A DNA stretch of 64,000 bases from NCBI RefSeq assembly GCF_009914755.1, contig NC_060932.1; one strand, given 5' to 3'. A program made the position numbers and the translations under genes. Each line of letters begins with the position of its first letter. Within the stretch, counting starts at the first letter, position 1. The notes beneath the pieces are model-generated. The model saw only the letters and a list, made by a program, of their open reading frames with translations, was not told the origin of the DNA and did no database searches. This stretch comes from the human T2T-CHM13v2.0 reference genome, Homo sapiens. This document shows, piece after piece, positions 27,380 to 46,889 of the stretch.

Positions 27380-27840
27380 TCTTCCCTCAGGGGATTACTA
27401 ATGTCTTTCCTCTGTGTCCTTGGCCACTGCTTCTCTTTCTCCTTTATGCTCCTTCCGCTTCCTCCATCCTGTGTCAAGTGCTGGACTGTCCCTGGGCTCA
27501 GTTATAGGCAGCCTCTTCTGTCTACATTCTGTCCCTAGGTAGTCCCATCCAGTCCCAAGGCTGTAAATATCATCTCTGTATTGTCAACTCTCACAGGGAA
27601 ATTGTCACACCAGAGCTCTCCTCTGAGTATCCAACAGCCAACTGGACACATCCACATGATCTACGGCTTCACATGTGCAACACGGACCTCTCGACTTTCC
27701 CCCCAGATCCATTTTACTATTAGTAAGTGGCGTCAACATTTATTCCACTGCTCAAACTAAGCCTAGCAGCCATCCTGAATTCCTCCCTTTATCTCCTTCC
27801 CCTCTTTTCAGTGCATCATCCTGCTTCCACTTAGAATGCG
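27380..27840 (+). mobile_element. L2 fragment
   Basis: CCCATCCAGTCCCAAGGCTGTAAATATCATCT...CCAACAGCCAACTGGACA-type L2 motifs. Confidence 0.6.
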
Positions 27841-28367
27841 TAAGAGAGCATAGCTCCCTGAAAAATGGGAAAATGGCTGGTCTCTACAAAACCATCACTT
27901 TTCTTCGAACCCATCAAATAGCTGAGGTCATAAGAGATACTGAATTCCACTCTCCCTGGAAGGTAAACTGAATACCAAAGAGTGACAAACCCTGTGAGGA
28001 CAGATGAGACTCAAATATTGTTTCACCTTTGACAGAGCAAGAAAGGAAGAGGTGGCTACCATACACATGGGGAGACAGAAATTATCTAAAATTTTAACAT
28101 ATTCTTAAAAGCTAGTGTGGGTTAGAACATCAGTTTGGAATAGGTAGGATCACCAGACACAGGGGGAGTTTGTACCCACTTGCAAGCTCTTTCCACTGGC
28201 TTCTACCAGGTGCTCATGAGAAAGACTAGGGAAGGGGCAAGGGGCCAGAAAGAGAGATTATCTGAGTGCTACAGGTGTGGCTGAAGCCAAATTAAAAGGC
28301 CAGGACTGTCAGATTGGATTAAAAATGCAAGACCCACGTATATGCTGTTTGTAAGAAACCCACCTTA

Positions 28368-28787
<420 letters not shown>

Positions 28788-29227
28788 TTAATGCCAAACT
28801 AGATGTCAGAAAAAAGGAATATTGCCATGGATAAACAGAGACATTATGTAATGTGTAATGACAAAGTGGTCACTTCATCAGAATGACATAATAATCCTAC
28901 ATGTACGTGTACTTAACAGAGCTTCAGAATACATGAAGCATAACTGAACAAAAAAGAAATAGACAAATATACAATTATAATTGGAGATTTTAACACTCTT
29001 CTCTCAATAATTTTTATATATTTTTATTGTACTATGTATTCAAGGTATACAACATATTTTGATATATTCATACATACTGAAATGGTCTACAGTCCAGCAT
29101 ATTAATACATCCATCATTTCACACATTTACTTGTGTGTGTGGTAAGAACACCTAAAATCTATTCTCAGCAAACTTCCAGCATACAATACAATCTTGTTAA
29201 CTGTAATTCTCATGCTGTCCATTAGAT

Positions 29228-29632
29228 TAGGAGTCCTCAATCGCCAGGCCATGGACCAGCACCAGTCCATGGCCTGTTAGGAACCAGACCACACAGCAAA
29301 AGGTGAGCAGTGGGTGAGCAAGTGAAGCTTCATCTATATTTACAGCTGCTCCCCATCACTCAGATTACCAACTGAGCTCCACCTCCTGTCAGATCAGTGG
29401 TGGCATTAGATTCTCATAGGGATGCAAACCCTATTGTGCATGCAAGGGACCTAGGTTGCACACTCCTTATGAGAATCTAATGCCTGATGATCTGAGGTGG
29501 AACTGTTTCATCCCGAAACCACCTCTCCCCCTGCCCACCACCACACCACCACCACCATCCCCCTCTCCAGTCCATGGAAAAATTGTCTTCCACAAAACTG
29601 GCCCCTGGTGCCAAACATGTTGGGGACCACTG
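29228..29632. mobile_element. MER1-type hAT-Charlie DNA transposon
   Basis: Perfect 8-bp TSD CATTAGAT; TIR ...TTGGGGACCACTG; opposite orientation to the 2220 copy. Confidence 0.9.
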
Positions 29633-29794
29633 CATTAGATCACTAGACTTATTCATCCTACTGGACTGCAATTTTGTACCCTTTGACCTACATCTCCCCA
29701 TTTCCTCCCTTCCCTGGCCCCAGTAACTATTATTCTATTCTATTTCTGTGTATTTGATTTGACTTGGTTTTTTTTAGATTCTGCATACAAGTAA

Positions 29795-30265
<471 letters not shown>

Positions 30266-30861
30266 TAGCCAGTCGTCTGCTGATGGATATTTAGGTTGTT
30301 TCCGTATCTTGGCTATTGTGAATAATGCTGCAATGAACATGAAAGTGTGGCTATCTCAGCCAGGTACTGATTTCTTTCCCTTTACATGTATACCTGGTAG
30401 CGGGATTGCTGGATCATACGGTAGTTCTATTTGTAGTTCTATTTGTAATGTTTTCATGATGGCTGTACCAATCTGAACTTCCACCAACGGTCTGCAAGGT
30501 TCCCCTTCCTCCACATTCTTTCCAACACTTGTTATCTCTTGTCTTTCTGATAATAGCCATCTTAACAGGTGTGAGATGCTCTCATTGTGGTTTTGATTTC
30601 TATTTTCCTGATGATTAGTGATGTTGATATTGAGCATCTCTTCTTCATATATGTCGGCCTCTCTCAATAAAGTAGATGGAAAATCAGTATGACGATAGCA
30701 AACAGTGCTATTAAACAAATGGCTTAATTGACATTTACAGAACACTCTAACCAACAATAGCTGAACACACACTCACTTGACATGCTTATGAAATCTCATC
30801 AAAATAGACCACATTCTAGGTCATAAAACATGCCTCAATAATTTTTTTAAAAATTACAATT

Positions 30862-31152
30862 GGTTGGGAGTCGTGGCTCACCCCTGTAATCCCAGCACTT
30901 TGGGAGACCAAGGCAGGCAGATCACCTGAGCTTAGGAGTTCGAGACCAGCCTGGCTAAGAGGTGAAACCCCATGTCTACTCAAAATGCAAAAATTGCCAG
31001 GCATAGTGGCTCATGCCTGTAATCCCAGCTACTGAGGAGGCTGAGACAGGAAAATCGTTTAAACCCAGGAGATGGAGGTTGCAGCTAGCTGGGATTGTGC
31101 CACTGCACTCCTGGGCAGCAGAGTGAGACTCCATCTCAAAATAAAAAAAAAA
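30862..31152 (+). mobile_element. Alu (AluS-type)
   Basis: Dimer with tail. Confidence 0.93.
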
Positions 31153-33974
31153 TTAAAAATTAAAATCATATAAAACTCTGTTCTCTGACCACAGCCAATT
31201 AAAATTAGAAATCAATAATAAGAGAGTATCTAGAAAAGTATCTAAATATTTTAAACAGCACCCTTCTAAATAATTCTTGGTTAAAAAGGAACTCGCAAGA
31301 TATATTATAAAATATTTTTAAGAAGATGAAAACAAATAACATACCAAAATTGGAGGGATATAGCTACAGCAGTTCCTAGAGGGAAATATATAACATTAAA
31401 TGCTTATGTTAAAACATAGAATGGTCTCAAATCAACAGTCTAAGCTTCAACCTTAGGAAATGAGAGAAAGAAAAGTAAATCAAACCCAAGCAAGCAGAGG
31501 GAAGAAAATAATAGGGATAAGAGCATAAATCAGGTAAACTGAAAACAAATAGAGATAATCATGAAATAGCAACTGGCTTTTTGAGATGATGGACAAAATG
31601 TATAAACCTTGAACTAATGTAATCGAGAAAAAAAGAGAGAGAAGACACAAACTACCAATTTCAGGAATGAAAGGAGGGGAATCACTATAGATCTTACAGA
31701 CATTAAAAGATTAAAAGATTATAAAATTAATAGCAAAAAGTCTGATAAAAGATAAATAGATTCAGTTCTTGAAAGATACAAACTACAAAGCTCACTCAAG
31801 AAGAGCAGATGACTGGAATAGTCCTATATGTATAAAAGAATTGGAACTTGCCATTAAAATTTTGCTTACAACGGAAAGTCCAGATCCAGATGTGCCACTG
31901 GTAAATTCTGGCAAATATTGAAAGAAGAAATCATTGCAACTGTGTACAAACTCTTGCAGAAAATGGAAGTGGAAGGAATATTTCCCAAACTGTTTGATGA
32001 AGTCAGCATTACCCTAATACCAACCTAGACAAAGGCCTTAAAGAAAAAACTACAAATCAACAACTGAAAACAATTCAAATGTCATTAACTGGTGAATGAA
32101 TAAACAAATTGTGCCATACTATCAAATGGAATACCACTCAGCAACCAAAAGGAACAAACATGCGACAATGTGGATAGAAAGCATTATGCTAAGTGCAAGA
32201 AGTCAGACATAAAAGGTAACATTCTGTATGATTTCATTTATATGACTTTCTGGAAAAGGCAAAACGAAGACATCAGATTAGGTTGCTGGGGTTAGATTGA
32301 GAAAAGGGGATGGACTACATAAAGATCACAAAAGGACTTTTTGTGGTGATTGAAATATCGTATGTCTTGGTTGTGATAATATTACATGCATCCATTTGTT
32401 AAACTCATCAGACCACACACCTCAAAAGGGTGACTTTTACTGTACTGCACGTGAATTATTCCTCAATTAGCCTGACTTAGAAAACCTCTCAAAAAAAAAG
32501 AAAAAAAAAAGTAGGGGGTGAAGAAAATCTCTCCAGGGAATTCCCACTGTTTTCAGGAAAAATCTAAACCCCTTGCTGCAGTCTCTTAGAATCTATTCTT
32601 TGCATGTTTCTCTAGCTTCATGCTTTTCAAGAACATTTAATGAGTTGAGGAAAAAATCTCATAATAGAATATTAAGTGAAAAATGATATATGCAAATCAG
32701 CTTTTACAGTGGGATATCAACTTTGCATGGGATGTACACCACATGTACAGAGAAATACCTATTGGTAGGAAACATACCAAAAGAATAGCTTCCTTTGGGA
32801 AGTACACTTTGTGATTTTTATTATCCTCTTGTGCTTTTGCTTTTGTGTGTTTTCCAAATTTTGCAATGAATTTAATAATAAAATATTAATTTCATTTATT
32901 TATTATTATTACTACTTCTACTGTTATTATTATCTTTTGATCAGGGCCTTGGCTTTTAGTGGAATGGTCCATAATCTTTAGCTCTTTCTCTCCTGGGGCT
33001 TCTCTTCCCTCTCCTTTCCTCTGATTCTTTCCCACTAGCCCCCCACCCTCACCTCCCTTCACCAAAAGCTTCTGGAGCTCCAGGGCAAACACTGAAGACA
33101 TCTTGGTGTTTAAATTGATGTGCTTTTAAGGTTGACATTTCTAGGAACTCCACAGGGGGCAGGCAGGGAGCAGGGGGATGGATATGGGTTCTGGCCTGGC
33201 AGAGGCAGTTGCAACCTGCCACACTGGGGATCTTTGTAGGTAACAGATTGGGGAATAATGAGGTCAAAGTGGAGCCTTGACCAATACCATGAAGTTACTT
33301 CGTGTATCTTGTATTTGTTTTATAATCAATGTCTTAAAAGAATAATATTTTTTGGAATATGTGACTTTGCAAGAGAAGTTGCAATGGAGTTTTTTTTGCT
33401 ATTTTCCAGCACCTAGAACAATGCCTGGCACCTAGCATCTGATCAATAAATACTTGTTGAATGCAATGGATGGATGAACAAATAAACAAACAAATGAATG
33501 AGAGTGGAGGCAGTAAACAGAAACTAGACCCAGGGAGGTTGAGGCGTGAACAGGAGTCGAGGAAGTTGACAGAGGAAATGGGGATCATTGTTCAGAAAAA
33601 CTTCCCAAAGGAGAAGAGAGATTGGCTAGTAGCTAAAGAAGGACAGGGAACCAAGAGAAGTTTTGGCTTGTTTTTTGTTGATTTGTTTAGGATAGGCGGG
33701 TCTTCATCATGTTCATAATCTGAGGAGAATGAGCCAGCAGAGAAAGATCAGAGATTATGAGAGACGCGATTACTGATGAAGTAGGGTCCCAGGGGATGGC
33801 AGGAAAAGAGGTGGAAAGCTTGGTAGGAGTGTTGGTAGCAAGAAAGGCTCCCCAGCCTCTTCAGACCAGAGATCAGTGCAGACTCACAGAAACCAGGAGA
33901 GGATGGCAGAGGGGATTTGACAAATTGTTTAGGTGAAGTAGAAGGTGAGGGCATCTGCTAAGAGAACTGAGTCA

Positions 33975-34340
<366 letters not shown>

Positions 34341-35402
34341 CTGAATGGCAGCACTGAGGGCCCAGCTGAGCCTAGAAGTGTGAATTTGTGGCCACCCCAT
34401 TTGACATAGCTGTGTGGGCTTTTCCAAGAGTTCACTACCACCTGGAGGTAGATGGGTTAGGGTGGGAGTGATTCCAGGCTGAAAGTTTGCAAGAGGCATA
34501 GAGACAAGAGGCTGGAGAGCAGGGGATACTGCAGAGGAAATTCAAGATGTGCTTCTGAGAACCCAGCTCACAGGCTGGTCGCCAGACCACCAAAGTCCTT
34601 ACCAGGGTGATGTCTAGGAAACTTTGTTCCTGTGTCTCCTGTGAATTCAAAGATAACTCAAATCAACGGACGTGTCCAGTGATACTGAGAAACCATTACT
34701 TTTCCTTTGGTCTTTGATTCATCACGGTTAAATTTAATCCTAATTCTCCAATAATATTGGCTACCAATTTGCTGCTGCCCTGTTATGAAATATGAATATG
34801 ACTCATCTGAACTTGAGTTTCACTTCTTGACATATGTACCAATCAAAATAATGAGAAAAACAGCAAGTCAAATTCCTTTCTAATAAGCATTTGTGAGCTC
34901 TTAGCTAGTACATAAGGGGAGGTGGTCCAAAAAAGAAGGCCTTGTTATATCTGGTGAAGTTGGTAACGCCTAAAAGACTGCTTTTTACAATTAACAACAA
35001 ATCAGAGATAGTCTAGCACAGCAAAAAGAAAACAGCATTAGTAATCAGACAACTTGGATATTAGACTCAGTTCTATAATTAACAGGCTGCACAAACTTGA
35101 GAAAATCACCCACTGAACTAGTTTCCTGATATACAAAACAAAAGGATCAAGCAAGAGATTGGGTGAAATTCCTTCTAATTTTATAGACTTATATTTTTGG
35201 GATCTGTATAAAATTTTGGACCCCCATCAGTACATGACTTATAACAGATGCTTCACAGATGGCATTGAACCAAACTGAGGTGAACAAGAGGAAATCAAAT
35301 AGAAAACACAGAGTTTTCTTCTGATAAAGTCATGGCCAAACCTGTGCACACATGTAATGCTAGAAACAATCTTGGAGGTAATCACCAGCCTCTCTCTCTG
35401 TC

Positions 35403-35650
35403 TTTATTATATTTTTAATATAATAAAAAATATATTTTTATATATAAATAAAAACAATATATATTTTATATATTATTTAATATACATGTATTAAAATATA
35501 TTAAAATAATCTTTTATATATGAATAAATAATACAATAAAATATATATTATATATAAAATATACATTATTTTTATAAATAAATGTGTAAATAAATATACA
35601 CATTTATTTATCAAATATCAGTTAAAATTTTTTTAAAATATGTTTTATTT
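35403..35650. repeat. AT-rich low-complexity tract
   Basis: Nearly pure A/T for about 250 bp. Confidence 0.9.
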
Positions 35651-36301
35651 CCCTCAGTTGTAACTTGATGCACGCTCATGGTAAAAAAAAGAATTTGAGA
35701 CTCAAGAGTAGAGCAATTTTCCTAGAAGCTCCATTGACTAAAGGCTTTGCCCCCAAAATCCCTGAATCCCAGAGAACAGAGTTAATCCTCCCTGTACTTG
35801 AAAGAAGTAATAGAAAGGAAAGTAGAAAGCCATTCATTAATCAGAATCTTTATAATAGCCAAGCTTATGAACAGGTTCAAAATGGGCTGTATCAGTGAGA
35901 GTTGCTCACAGAAGCAGAACCAAGGAAGTGACTTACACAATTGTGGATCTGATGTCTTAGCACGTTCAGCTGCTACAACAAAATGCCATAGACTACACAG
36001 CTTAGAAAAAAATGCTGGTTTATTTGACAAATTTTTACCCAGGTAAAATTAACCTGCCCCTTTGCAAGAAAGATAAAATTAGTCGATTAAGATGTGGAGA
36101 AAATGTAATTTCCAATTTAGTTAAATCCAAAGGTGTAAGCTGAAGATACTCTGACTAAACTTCAAGTCCACTCTTGGTGTTTGAACTGTGCCACTGCCTC
36201 TCTGTGGAAGTGCTTCAGAATTTTATTGTTACTCTTATTGTTAGTGCCAAATACTGGTGTGATAGTGCTTATATGGGTCATAACCATCATTTTAAAACTT
36301 C

Positions 36302-36670
<369 letters not shown>

Positions 36671-37279
36671 TGAAGAAAAGTGTCTGGAACAGCCAGCTCA
36701 GAGAATGGCACATAAAGGCTATCAGTGCCTGTGTGTAGAATAGAACTGAATTTCTACATCATTGTACACAGATGCAATGTATCTAAAGACTAAAGAACGA
36801 ACTAAAATCAATTAAAAATCATTTATTAGATCTGTCATCTGAAACTTTTTTAGAAAGAACTAAAGTGTAAATTTAAAAAAATATATTATTTGCACTTCTA
36901 TTTTTGACATGAATCATCATTATAATGAAAGTCTTCTGCCTTCTTCAGAAGTATGAATAACAGCTGCTAAATCTTTCCATCAATATTTTCACATTGCAAC
37001 AAAAGCAAGCAGGATCTGGGATTTTGTTTCACGCAAAAATACTTTCACTATATCAGCTAAATTAAAATCTACTCATGAATTTGTTAGCAAGTCTTTCCTG
37101 TTGTGGATATTACCTTTCGTTTGGTCTTTAACCATATCCTTCATTCGTCCAAAACTATTTACAAGGGCAGGACAAGTGTTTGCTGATGACTGCAGGAGGC
37201 CAGGTGCTATGGGCAGAGAAATGGACAGGAAGAATCTCACTCATTCAGACACATGCGGGGCCAGTTTACCACACTATGA

Positions 37280-37520
37280 AAGCAGTACATCACAGTGGTT
37301 AAAAGCCCTGGCTTTGGAATCAGGAAGATTTGAATTTGAATCCCAGTTCTGCCACTCACGCTATGTGAGCTGGGGCAAGTTACTTAACCTCTCTGCATCC
37401 CATCTGCAATATCAATATCATATTTACATTTTCCTCCCAGGGCTGGTGAAAGGTTAAATAAGATGGATATAAAGCATTTAGCATCCTACTAAAAAAAGGT
37501 TTAATAGAAGATAGCTGTTA
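37280..37520 (+). mobile_element. MIR SINE
   Basis: AGTGGTTAAAAGCCCTGGCTTTGGAATCAG...GGGCAAGTTACTTAACCTCTCTG. Confidence 0.85.
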
Positions 37521-39253
37521 TTAAATACTTAATGAAGGGAAAAGTCTGAATTGTGAAATTTTTATTATGTATTTGTTACTTTTATATACATTTAATAACA
37601 AGTATACATGATGACCAATATCATCATTTTTAACATAATTATCAATAGATGTTTCTGGAAACCTGGAGAAAGGAGGAGGTAAGTAATTATTTAGCTGAAT
37701 AAACTGGTATTAATATAGCCTAGCAAAAGACTTGAAAGAATCGTCTTAAATGATTTAGGTAAAAAAATGACTGAAATTTGCATGTTGTTTCTATGTTAGC
37801 TAGAGCTCAAAAGTACTTGAAAAAAATTTCCTGAGTGTTTTATTTACAATTTCCTTTCACTATTAAAATTTTATGAAAACTCATTTGATTAGAGATAGTA
37901 CAAAACTAAATTCTAGCCAGTACTAGTGTGAATGGCACAAGATTTAAAACCAGCAGAATCCGAGTGGATGTGGTTTTTCTCCTTATGTGCGTTCGTGTGT
38001 GTGTAGCATGACATTTATACCTAGCCCACCCAGAGACCAAAACAAGGTGCTCATAGGAGAACCAAGCATCTTGGGGTCAGTCACTTTTAATCAAATTAAT
38101 GTAAACTTAGCAGAACAAAACCTTCTCTACCAGATAAAAGCTGTTGGGCCTGTGGGCTACTTGGGTTAGAAACATTCTTCAACCTTTTTACAACCATAGT
38201 ACAGAACTACGTTTTTATTCCCCTCCCAATAATTCTGGGCATATCTTTGGTAAGGCACTTATTGTCACGAAGTAGTATCCTGGAGAAAATATCTCCTATT
38301 TAGGGTTCAGGAAATAGATCTTTTTAAAAATTCTGGGTTACCACTGAGTACAGACTGTGGGAGAGGAATGACACGACCCCACGCCGTTTACTTTGTCTGT
38401 CCTTGGCTGTGGTTCCTCCTTTTGATGGAGTCACCAATTAGGAATCCAAGTCGGCGCAGAGTTCAGTATTCATGAGGGTTTGGGCGGGCAGCGGCATGGA
38501 GTACCCAGGGATTCCAACATATTCTCATGACTGAGACACTTTGAGGGAGCCTGACTGGGTAACAGAGAACAGCCCTGACCTTTCAACCCGATGAATTCAA
38601 ATGCAATTTGTCATCCAATGTAAAATGAATCTGACCATGTGTAATCCCGTAGGATGGAGAGGCCTTGTCCCGGAAAAACTCCAGAACATGAAAGAGGGGC
38701 ATTGAAAAATAAAACCCACCAAATGGTTAAGGGCACACATCGATATGTCAATAACAAATTCCTTTTTCCAAAATAATGAACAGCCCTGTGATTCCTTGGG
38801 CAGGGTAGACACCATGAACACACACAGGAGTCGAAGTGGGGAGTTGCTGCTCTTTTTTTTTCTCCTTGGAATTTGAAATACGTTTTCATATTTGCTTTTC
38901 ACTCTCTCCTTTTTAACGTTTAAAATTAAGCCATCCTGTGCTGGTTATTGTGTTCTCCTCCTCTTTGTAACCACCGAAGAAGAAAGCTTGAATTGTTACT
39001 GTCTCTCTCTTATTTCTGAAACTGCTTTCTCTGGGGAACTTTCTGAATGGATCAGGGCCTGGATCAGGGCAGGATAGAACACACCCTCTGGGAGAGGCTC
39101 AGAGAGCCAAACCTGAGATCAAAGCACCCAATCTCTCAAATTCTCTGAGGAAGTGTCCTGGTAGTTCCAGGACCTACTCTGCTTTTTCCACCCAGGGAGC
39201 TTTCAGCTGCCTTAGCATTATTTCAAAGAGTATTTTCAAAGTAAATCTCCTGG

Positions 39254-39411
39254 AGCTGGGTGCAGGGGCACATGCCTATAGTCCCAGCTTGGACTGCTTG
39301 AGCCAAGCAGTAAGTTATCAAGGCAACAGTGAGCTATGATTGCACCACTACATTCCAGCCTGGGTAACAGAGTGAGACCCAAACTCTAACCCACCCCTCG
39401 ACAAAAAAAAA
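39254..39411 (+). mobile_element. Degenerate Alu monomer (FRAM/FLAM-like)
   Basis: Alu motifs; TSD AAAGTAAATCTC. Confidence 0.8.
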
Positions 39412-39774
39412 GTAAATCTCTTTTCTGCTATTGTTTCCAGTATGCTTAAGCGTCACCATTAATTGGGTAGCAATTATAAAGGCTGGAATGGCCTGCAAGC
39501 CCTGTGAATTATGACATGCATTGTTCCTTTGGCATTTGAATTTCATCATTAACGTCCATTTGAAAGCTTACAATTATGAAATAGAGTGATCTTGTAAATA
39601 ACTACAAATAATTCACTGTGTGTGAGCACAAGCACACACTTATGCCTAGAAGTCATTTGGTCGATAAGAGTAAAGAAACAAAGACTTCTACAGCTTTAAC
39701 CTCTGTCCTCTCTATTTTCTCTTGAAGTGTTTTTGAATTTCTTCCCTTGCAAGATCAACAAAATATTCAAGTCT

Positions 39775-40002
39775 GCGGGAGGGGAGAGGCTGGAGACAAG
39801 TGGGTTGAAGGGTACAAACATACAGTTAGATAGAAGGGATACATTCAATGTCTGAGAGCAGAGTAGGGTGACTATAGTTAAGAAAAATGTTTTATACTCG
39901 GGTGATGGACACCCTAAATACCCTGAGTTGATCACTACGCATTATATACATGTAACACAATTTCACATGTACCCCATTAATTTGTATAAATTTTTTTTTA
40001 AA
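39775..40002 (+). mobile_element. L1MA 3' end
   Basis: GGGTACAAACATACAGTTAGATAGAAG...GGTGATGGACACCCTAAATACCCTGA. Confidence 0.85.
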
Positions 40003-40336
40003 TTCAAAGGTCTCACCCCAACCTGTCAGAGACATCTCTTAAGCCACAATAAGTTAACATCAGTCTTGCCATTTGTAATTATAGAAGAAATATCTCCACT
40101 TTCTAGACTTCTACTTTCATGAGGAGCTCAGTGGCCAGGAATGGACCATGACCCAGTGGAATTGTTATGATTTGGAATATTTGAAAAGGTGAACTTTTAT
40201 CTAAACAGGGTGGTCATGAAAACTATGCTGCATTATTTTCTTTCCCACTTTTATTGTTAAAATAATTGCATTTTGTTACTGTTAAAATATAACAGGAAGA
40301 AATTTGCTGCATATCTTTGTTATAAAACATGTTTGC

Positions 40337-40687
<351 letters not shown>

Positions 40688-41043
40688 TCACCTCCCCATA
40701 CAGAGCTGATGTCCCAGTCACTAATTTTTCACAATCCTGCAATAATGACACACATATTCATACCTTCAAGCCAACCAATGGGCTGTGTTTCCACAACTTG
40801 AAATGACCTTCTTGACCTCGTAAAGCCTCCTCCAAATGTTCATACTCCCCTGTAACTCACAAACAGAATTAGGTGCTCTGACCTGTTTTCTCACACAGAA
40901 TTTTACACACACCTCCATGTCTGCACTTAACCTCTCAATTGGACTCGGCTGCTTACAGGTCTTTCTTTCCCTCAGTGAAGAGCCAAAACACCTATTCATC
41001 TCAGCACTCTTATTTTTTTAATTTGTGTCATTTTAATAGAGTA

Positions 41044-41801
41044 TGTCAACCTAGATAACAAACAGAGGGAAACTCTCTAAAGCAAAATGACATTTATTTG
41101 GGAATGGGCATTGCAATGGGAATACATGTGCCATAGTAAACTGTGTGTTCAGGGAGATAAAGGAAGATTTTTAAAGAAAAAAGGAGGATTATATAATTAT
41201 TTTGCGATAATTATCCTTGGCCACACAGATCAATAACAAGGTGGTACCAGTCCGAGGCTGGATAGGAAGTTTTTGGGCAAGTGTCTTCAGCAGAAGTTTT
41301 TTTTTTTCTTTTTTTTGAAATGTAAGGTTGCAATGGCCTTTGTGCAATGAAAGGTTGTGGTTTTGGTAGAGTCTTGTATTACTTTTTTGCTGTTTTTGTT
41401 TTTGAGAAAAGGTCTCCTCTGTTGGCCAGACTGGAGTGCAGTGGTGCAATCACAGCTCATTGCAGCCTCCATCTCCCGGGCTCAAGCAATCAAGCAATCC
41501 TCCCACCTCAGCCTCCCGAGGAACTGGGACTAGAAGTGTGAGACATCACACCAGGTAATTTTTAAATTTTTCTGTAGAGACAAGGTTTCATTGTGTTGCC
41601 CAGACTGGTCTTGAACTCCCGAGCTCAAGCGATCTTCCCTCCTCTTGCTGGGATTGCAGGCATGAGCCGTTGCACCCGGCCTTGATAGTTCTTGTTATCA
41701 GGCATTCGTGCATGAGATCCCTTCCTTCATGGCCTTCCCCAGCTCTGTTTGTCAGAAGTTTTAACACAATTGACTCCACTTTGATTCTGACAACTTTCAC
41801 A
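41044..41801 (-). mobile_element. ERV1 MER4-group solo LTR, interrupted by an AluJ (41384-41681, minus)
   Basis: Minus strand TGTGAAAGTTGTCAGAATCAAAGTGGAGTCA...TAGGTTGACA; 4-bp TSD AGTR. Confidence 0.8.
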
Positions 41802-41805
41802 AGTG

Positions 41806-41817
41806 CAATGTGATGTT

Positions 41818-41873
<56 letters not shown>

Positions 41874-42190
41874 TACACAATGTGGAGTGATTTAATAAAG
41901 CTAATTATCATATCTATGATCTCACTTAACTTTTTTGTGGTTATACATTTGAACTTTACTTTCTTAGTTATTTTGAAATATACATTATTACTGACAATAG
42001 TCACCTGCTGTGCAATAGATCTCGAAACTTATTTGTCCTGTCTAACTGAAACTGTGTACCTCTGGACCAGTAACTCCCCATTCTCGCACTCCACTCCCCC
42101 ATCAACCCCACCGCCAGCCCAGGTAACCATCATTCCACGCTCATTCTATGGTTTCTACTTCTAGATTTCACATACAAATAAGATAATCAG
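41806..42190 (-). mobile_element. L1MA/MB 3' fragment with (TA)n(CA)n
   Basis: ATAGTCACCTGCTGTGCAATAGATCTC...AACTGAAACTGTGTACC. Confidence 0.8.
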
Positions 42191-42370
42191 CATTCTTAAT
42201 TTCTATCATAGTGCCTACCCTATGTTACCTTCCATAACACAGCTAGTGGTAAATCATTCTCTGATGGAAGTAAATCAGCAATAATTAGGGAAACCCATCA
42301 CTCTATCACACTACAGGGTCCAAAGCTTTGCTGCTCCTGAGGGAAACTGTATTTTTCATTTTATAAAAAC

Positions 42371-43670
<1,300 letters not shown>

Positions 43671-44098
43671 TATTGAAATCTGTCTGCAACATCTCACAAG
43701 CCAAATAATTCCCTCATGCCCAGCCTACCCCAGTCCCCAGGCCACCTTACCTGGAGGTACTACACTAAGTGTATCATTTGTTCTTACAGAATAAACATTC
43801 AAGCTTCCACACCATTGCCTTTGGGGGAAGTGAATCTAAAACACACTTTGGGAAGTAATTATATCCGTGTGGATCTTCCCCTGCATGACAAAATCATGCT
43901 CCATGCATTTTCTGTTGGAACAGATTATTGGTGAACAGATAGTGAAAATAATTTAAGGTAGAACAGCAAGATACTATTGCATACATTCTAGTTCATTCTA
44001 GACTATAAACAGCTTGAGAAAAAAAGTATATTTTCTATAATCCCACAGAGAGTCCCGTGTCCCAAAGGGCTGCAGAGTAGTTAAGAACACAGGATTTG

Positions 44099-45426
<1,328 letters not shown>

Positions 45427-46889
45427 GAAATGTTTGTTAAATACTTAGTACAGTACCTGACATAGATCAGACAAGTGACAATAGCAGTTACTAATCCGTA
45501 CATCCTCTAGGTTTTAACTGCATTGGACCTATGCTTCTCTCACAGGCCTCAATGGAGATGTCATACTCCTTCTTAGCTATCTAGCAGCTCTATGATCTAC
45601 TGTTCTAGGACTCTTAGCACTACTCCTTTGACAACTGGGAGGGCCAAGGGGGATGTCAGTGAAAGTTGTCATTTTCAAGATAGAGGCGGAATATAATAAG
45701 TCACTCACGGCTTGACAGTTTTGAGTGCATTACATTTATATGTGTCTTTCCTGCATTAGTGTTAACTACTGGGCAATAAGGCTGTGAATGAAGGAAAAAA
45801 ACATTGGAAGGAAGGAGAAAGCCATTCTGGAGCTGGCAGAAAGTGGGGTGTGGGAGGTAATCTTAGATTCTGTATGGTTTTCTTGAACCAAAATAGTACA
45901 GAAGTTAGATATTGGTATTGTTCACTTGGAACATAAAGGGAAAGGAAGGGACCAGTGTAAACACTTATTTAAGAGAATAATATGTATGCACATTTTAATT
46001 AAACTCTAATATGAACATTTACTCGGTCTCTTTCAAAAACAGAGCTAGGAATATATGGTTTTTCCCTACGTCAACTCTAAACTGTTATCAGGCAGTGTAA
46101 CAAACCAGAGCTGCCACCCTGGTGGAATAGAGCTCAGGAATGTTCACAGGAGTCTTTCTAAAACACACGTATACCACCACCCCCATTTAAACAGCAGCAA
46201 TTATTGAAAGAGGACTCAAGTTGAGTTCCTTTCCCCCTCCTTCATCCCCCATGGGGAAAGCGAGGTCTTGTCGGCATGCACCAATGTCATCCCTTTACTG
46301 CACATTCATTAATCTGGATTCCTCAAGATGATCTGAGAAACTGCAGACACACAAGGGTGGCCTGTGATAGTCTTTGTTATCAGGAGCCTGCAAGCTTCCT
46401 TTCATCTTATTAAAATTATACCCTTTCTGCTAAGGTTGAAAAAAACTAAGAAATTGTAATTGTATCCCACTCAACCTCGTCTGAAAGAGGGGAAAGTGGC
46501 CCATCAGACCATCTCAAGTTACAATACGATTCATGTGGTATTCCTATTTCCCACACCAGCCCAGGGACTCCTAGGGTTTTGCTCAATCCCTGGGTGGTGG
46601 GAACCCCCCTGAAGGGTTTATAAACCTAACACAATTAAGCACCATGTGACAGACACTGTGCTAATGGCTTTACATGCATTCTTTTACTTACGTCTCCCAA
46701 CACCCCCAGCATTATTATTATTTTGGGTTTTTTACATCTCCATTTTGACACTTGGCAAGGCAAAGAAACCTGACAACAGTTAAACAGCTGGCAACTTCCA
46801 GAGTGGGAATCTGCCCCCAGGCAGCATGACATCACAGCCCACGTGGTTAACCTCTATTCTAACATGAACTTCAAAACTCCAGCCTGCTG

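Noticed and set aside
46109-46127. CTCF-like CCACCAGGGTGGCAGC (minus strand)
   Set aside because: An extra base in the core breaks the motif spacing.
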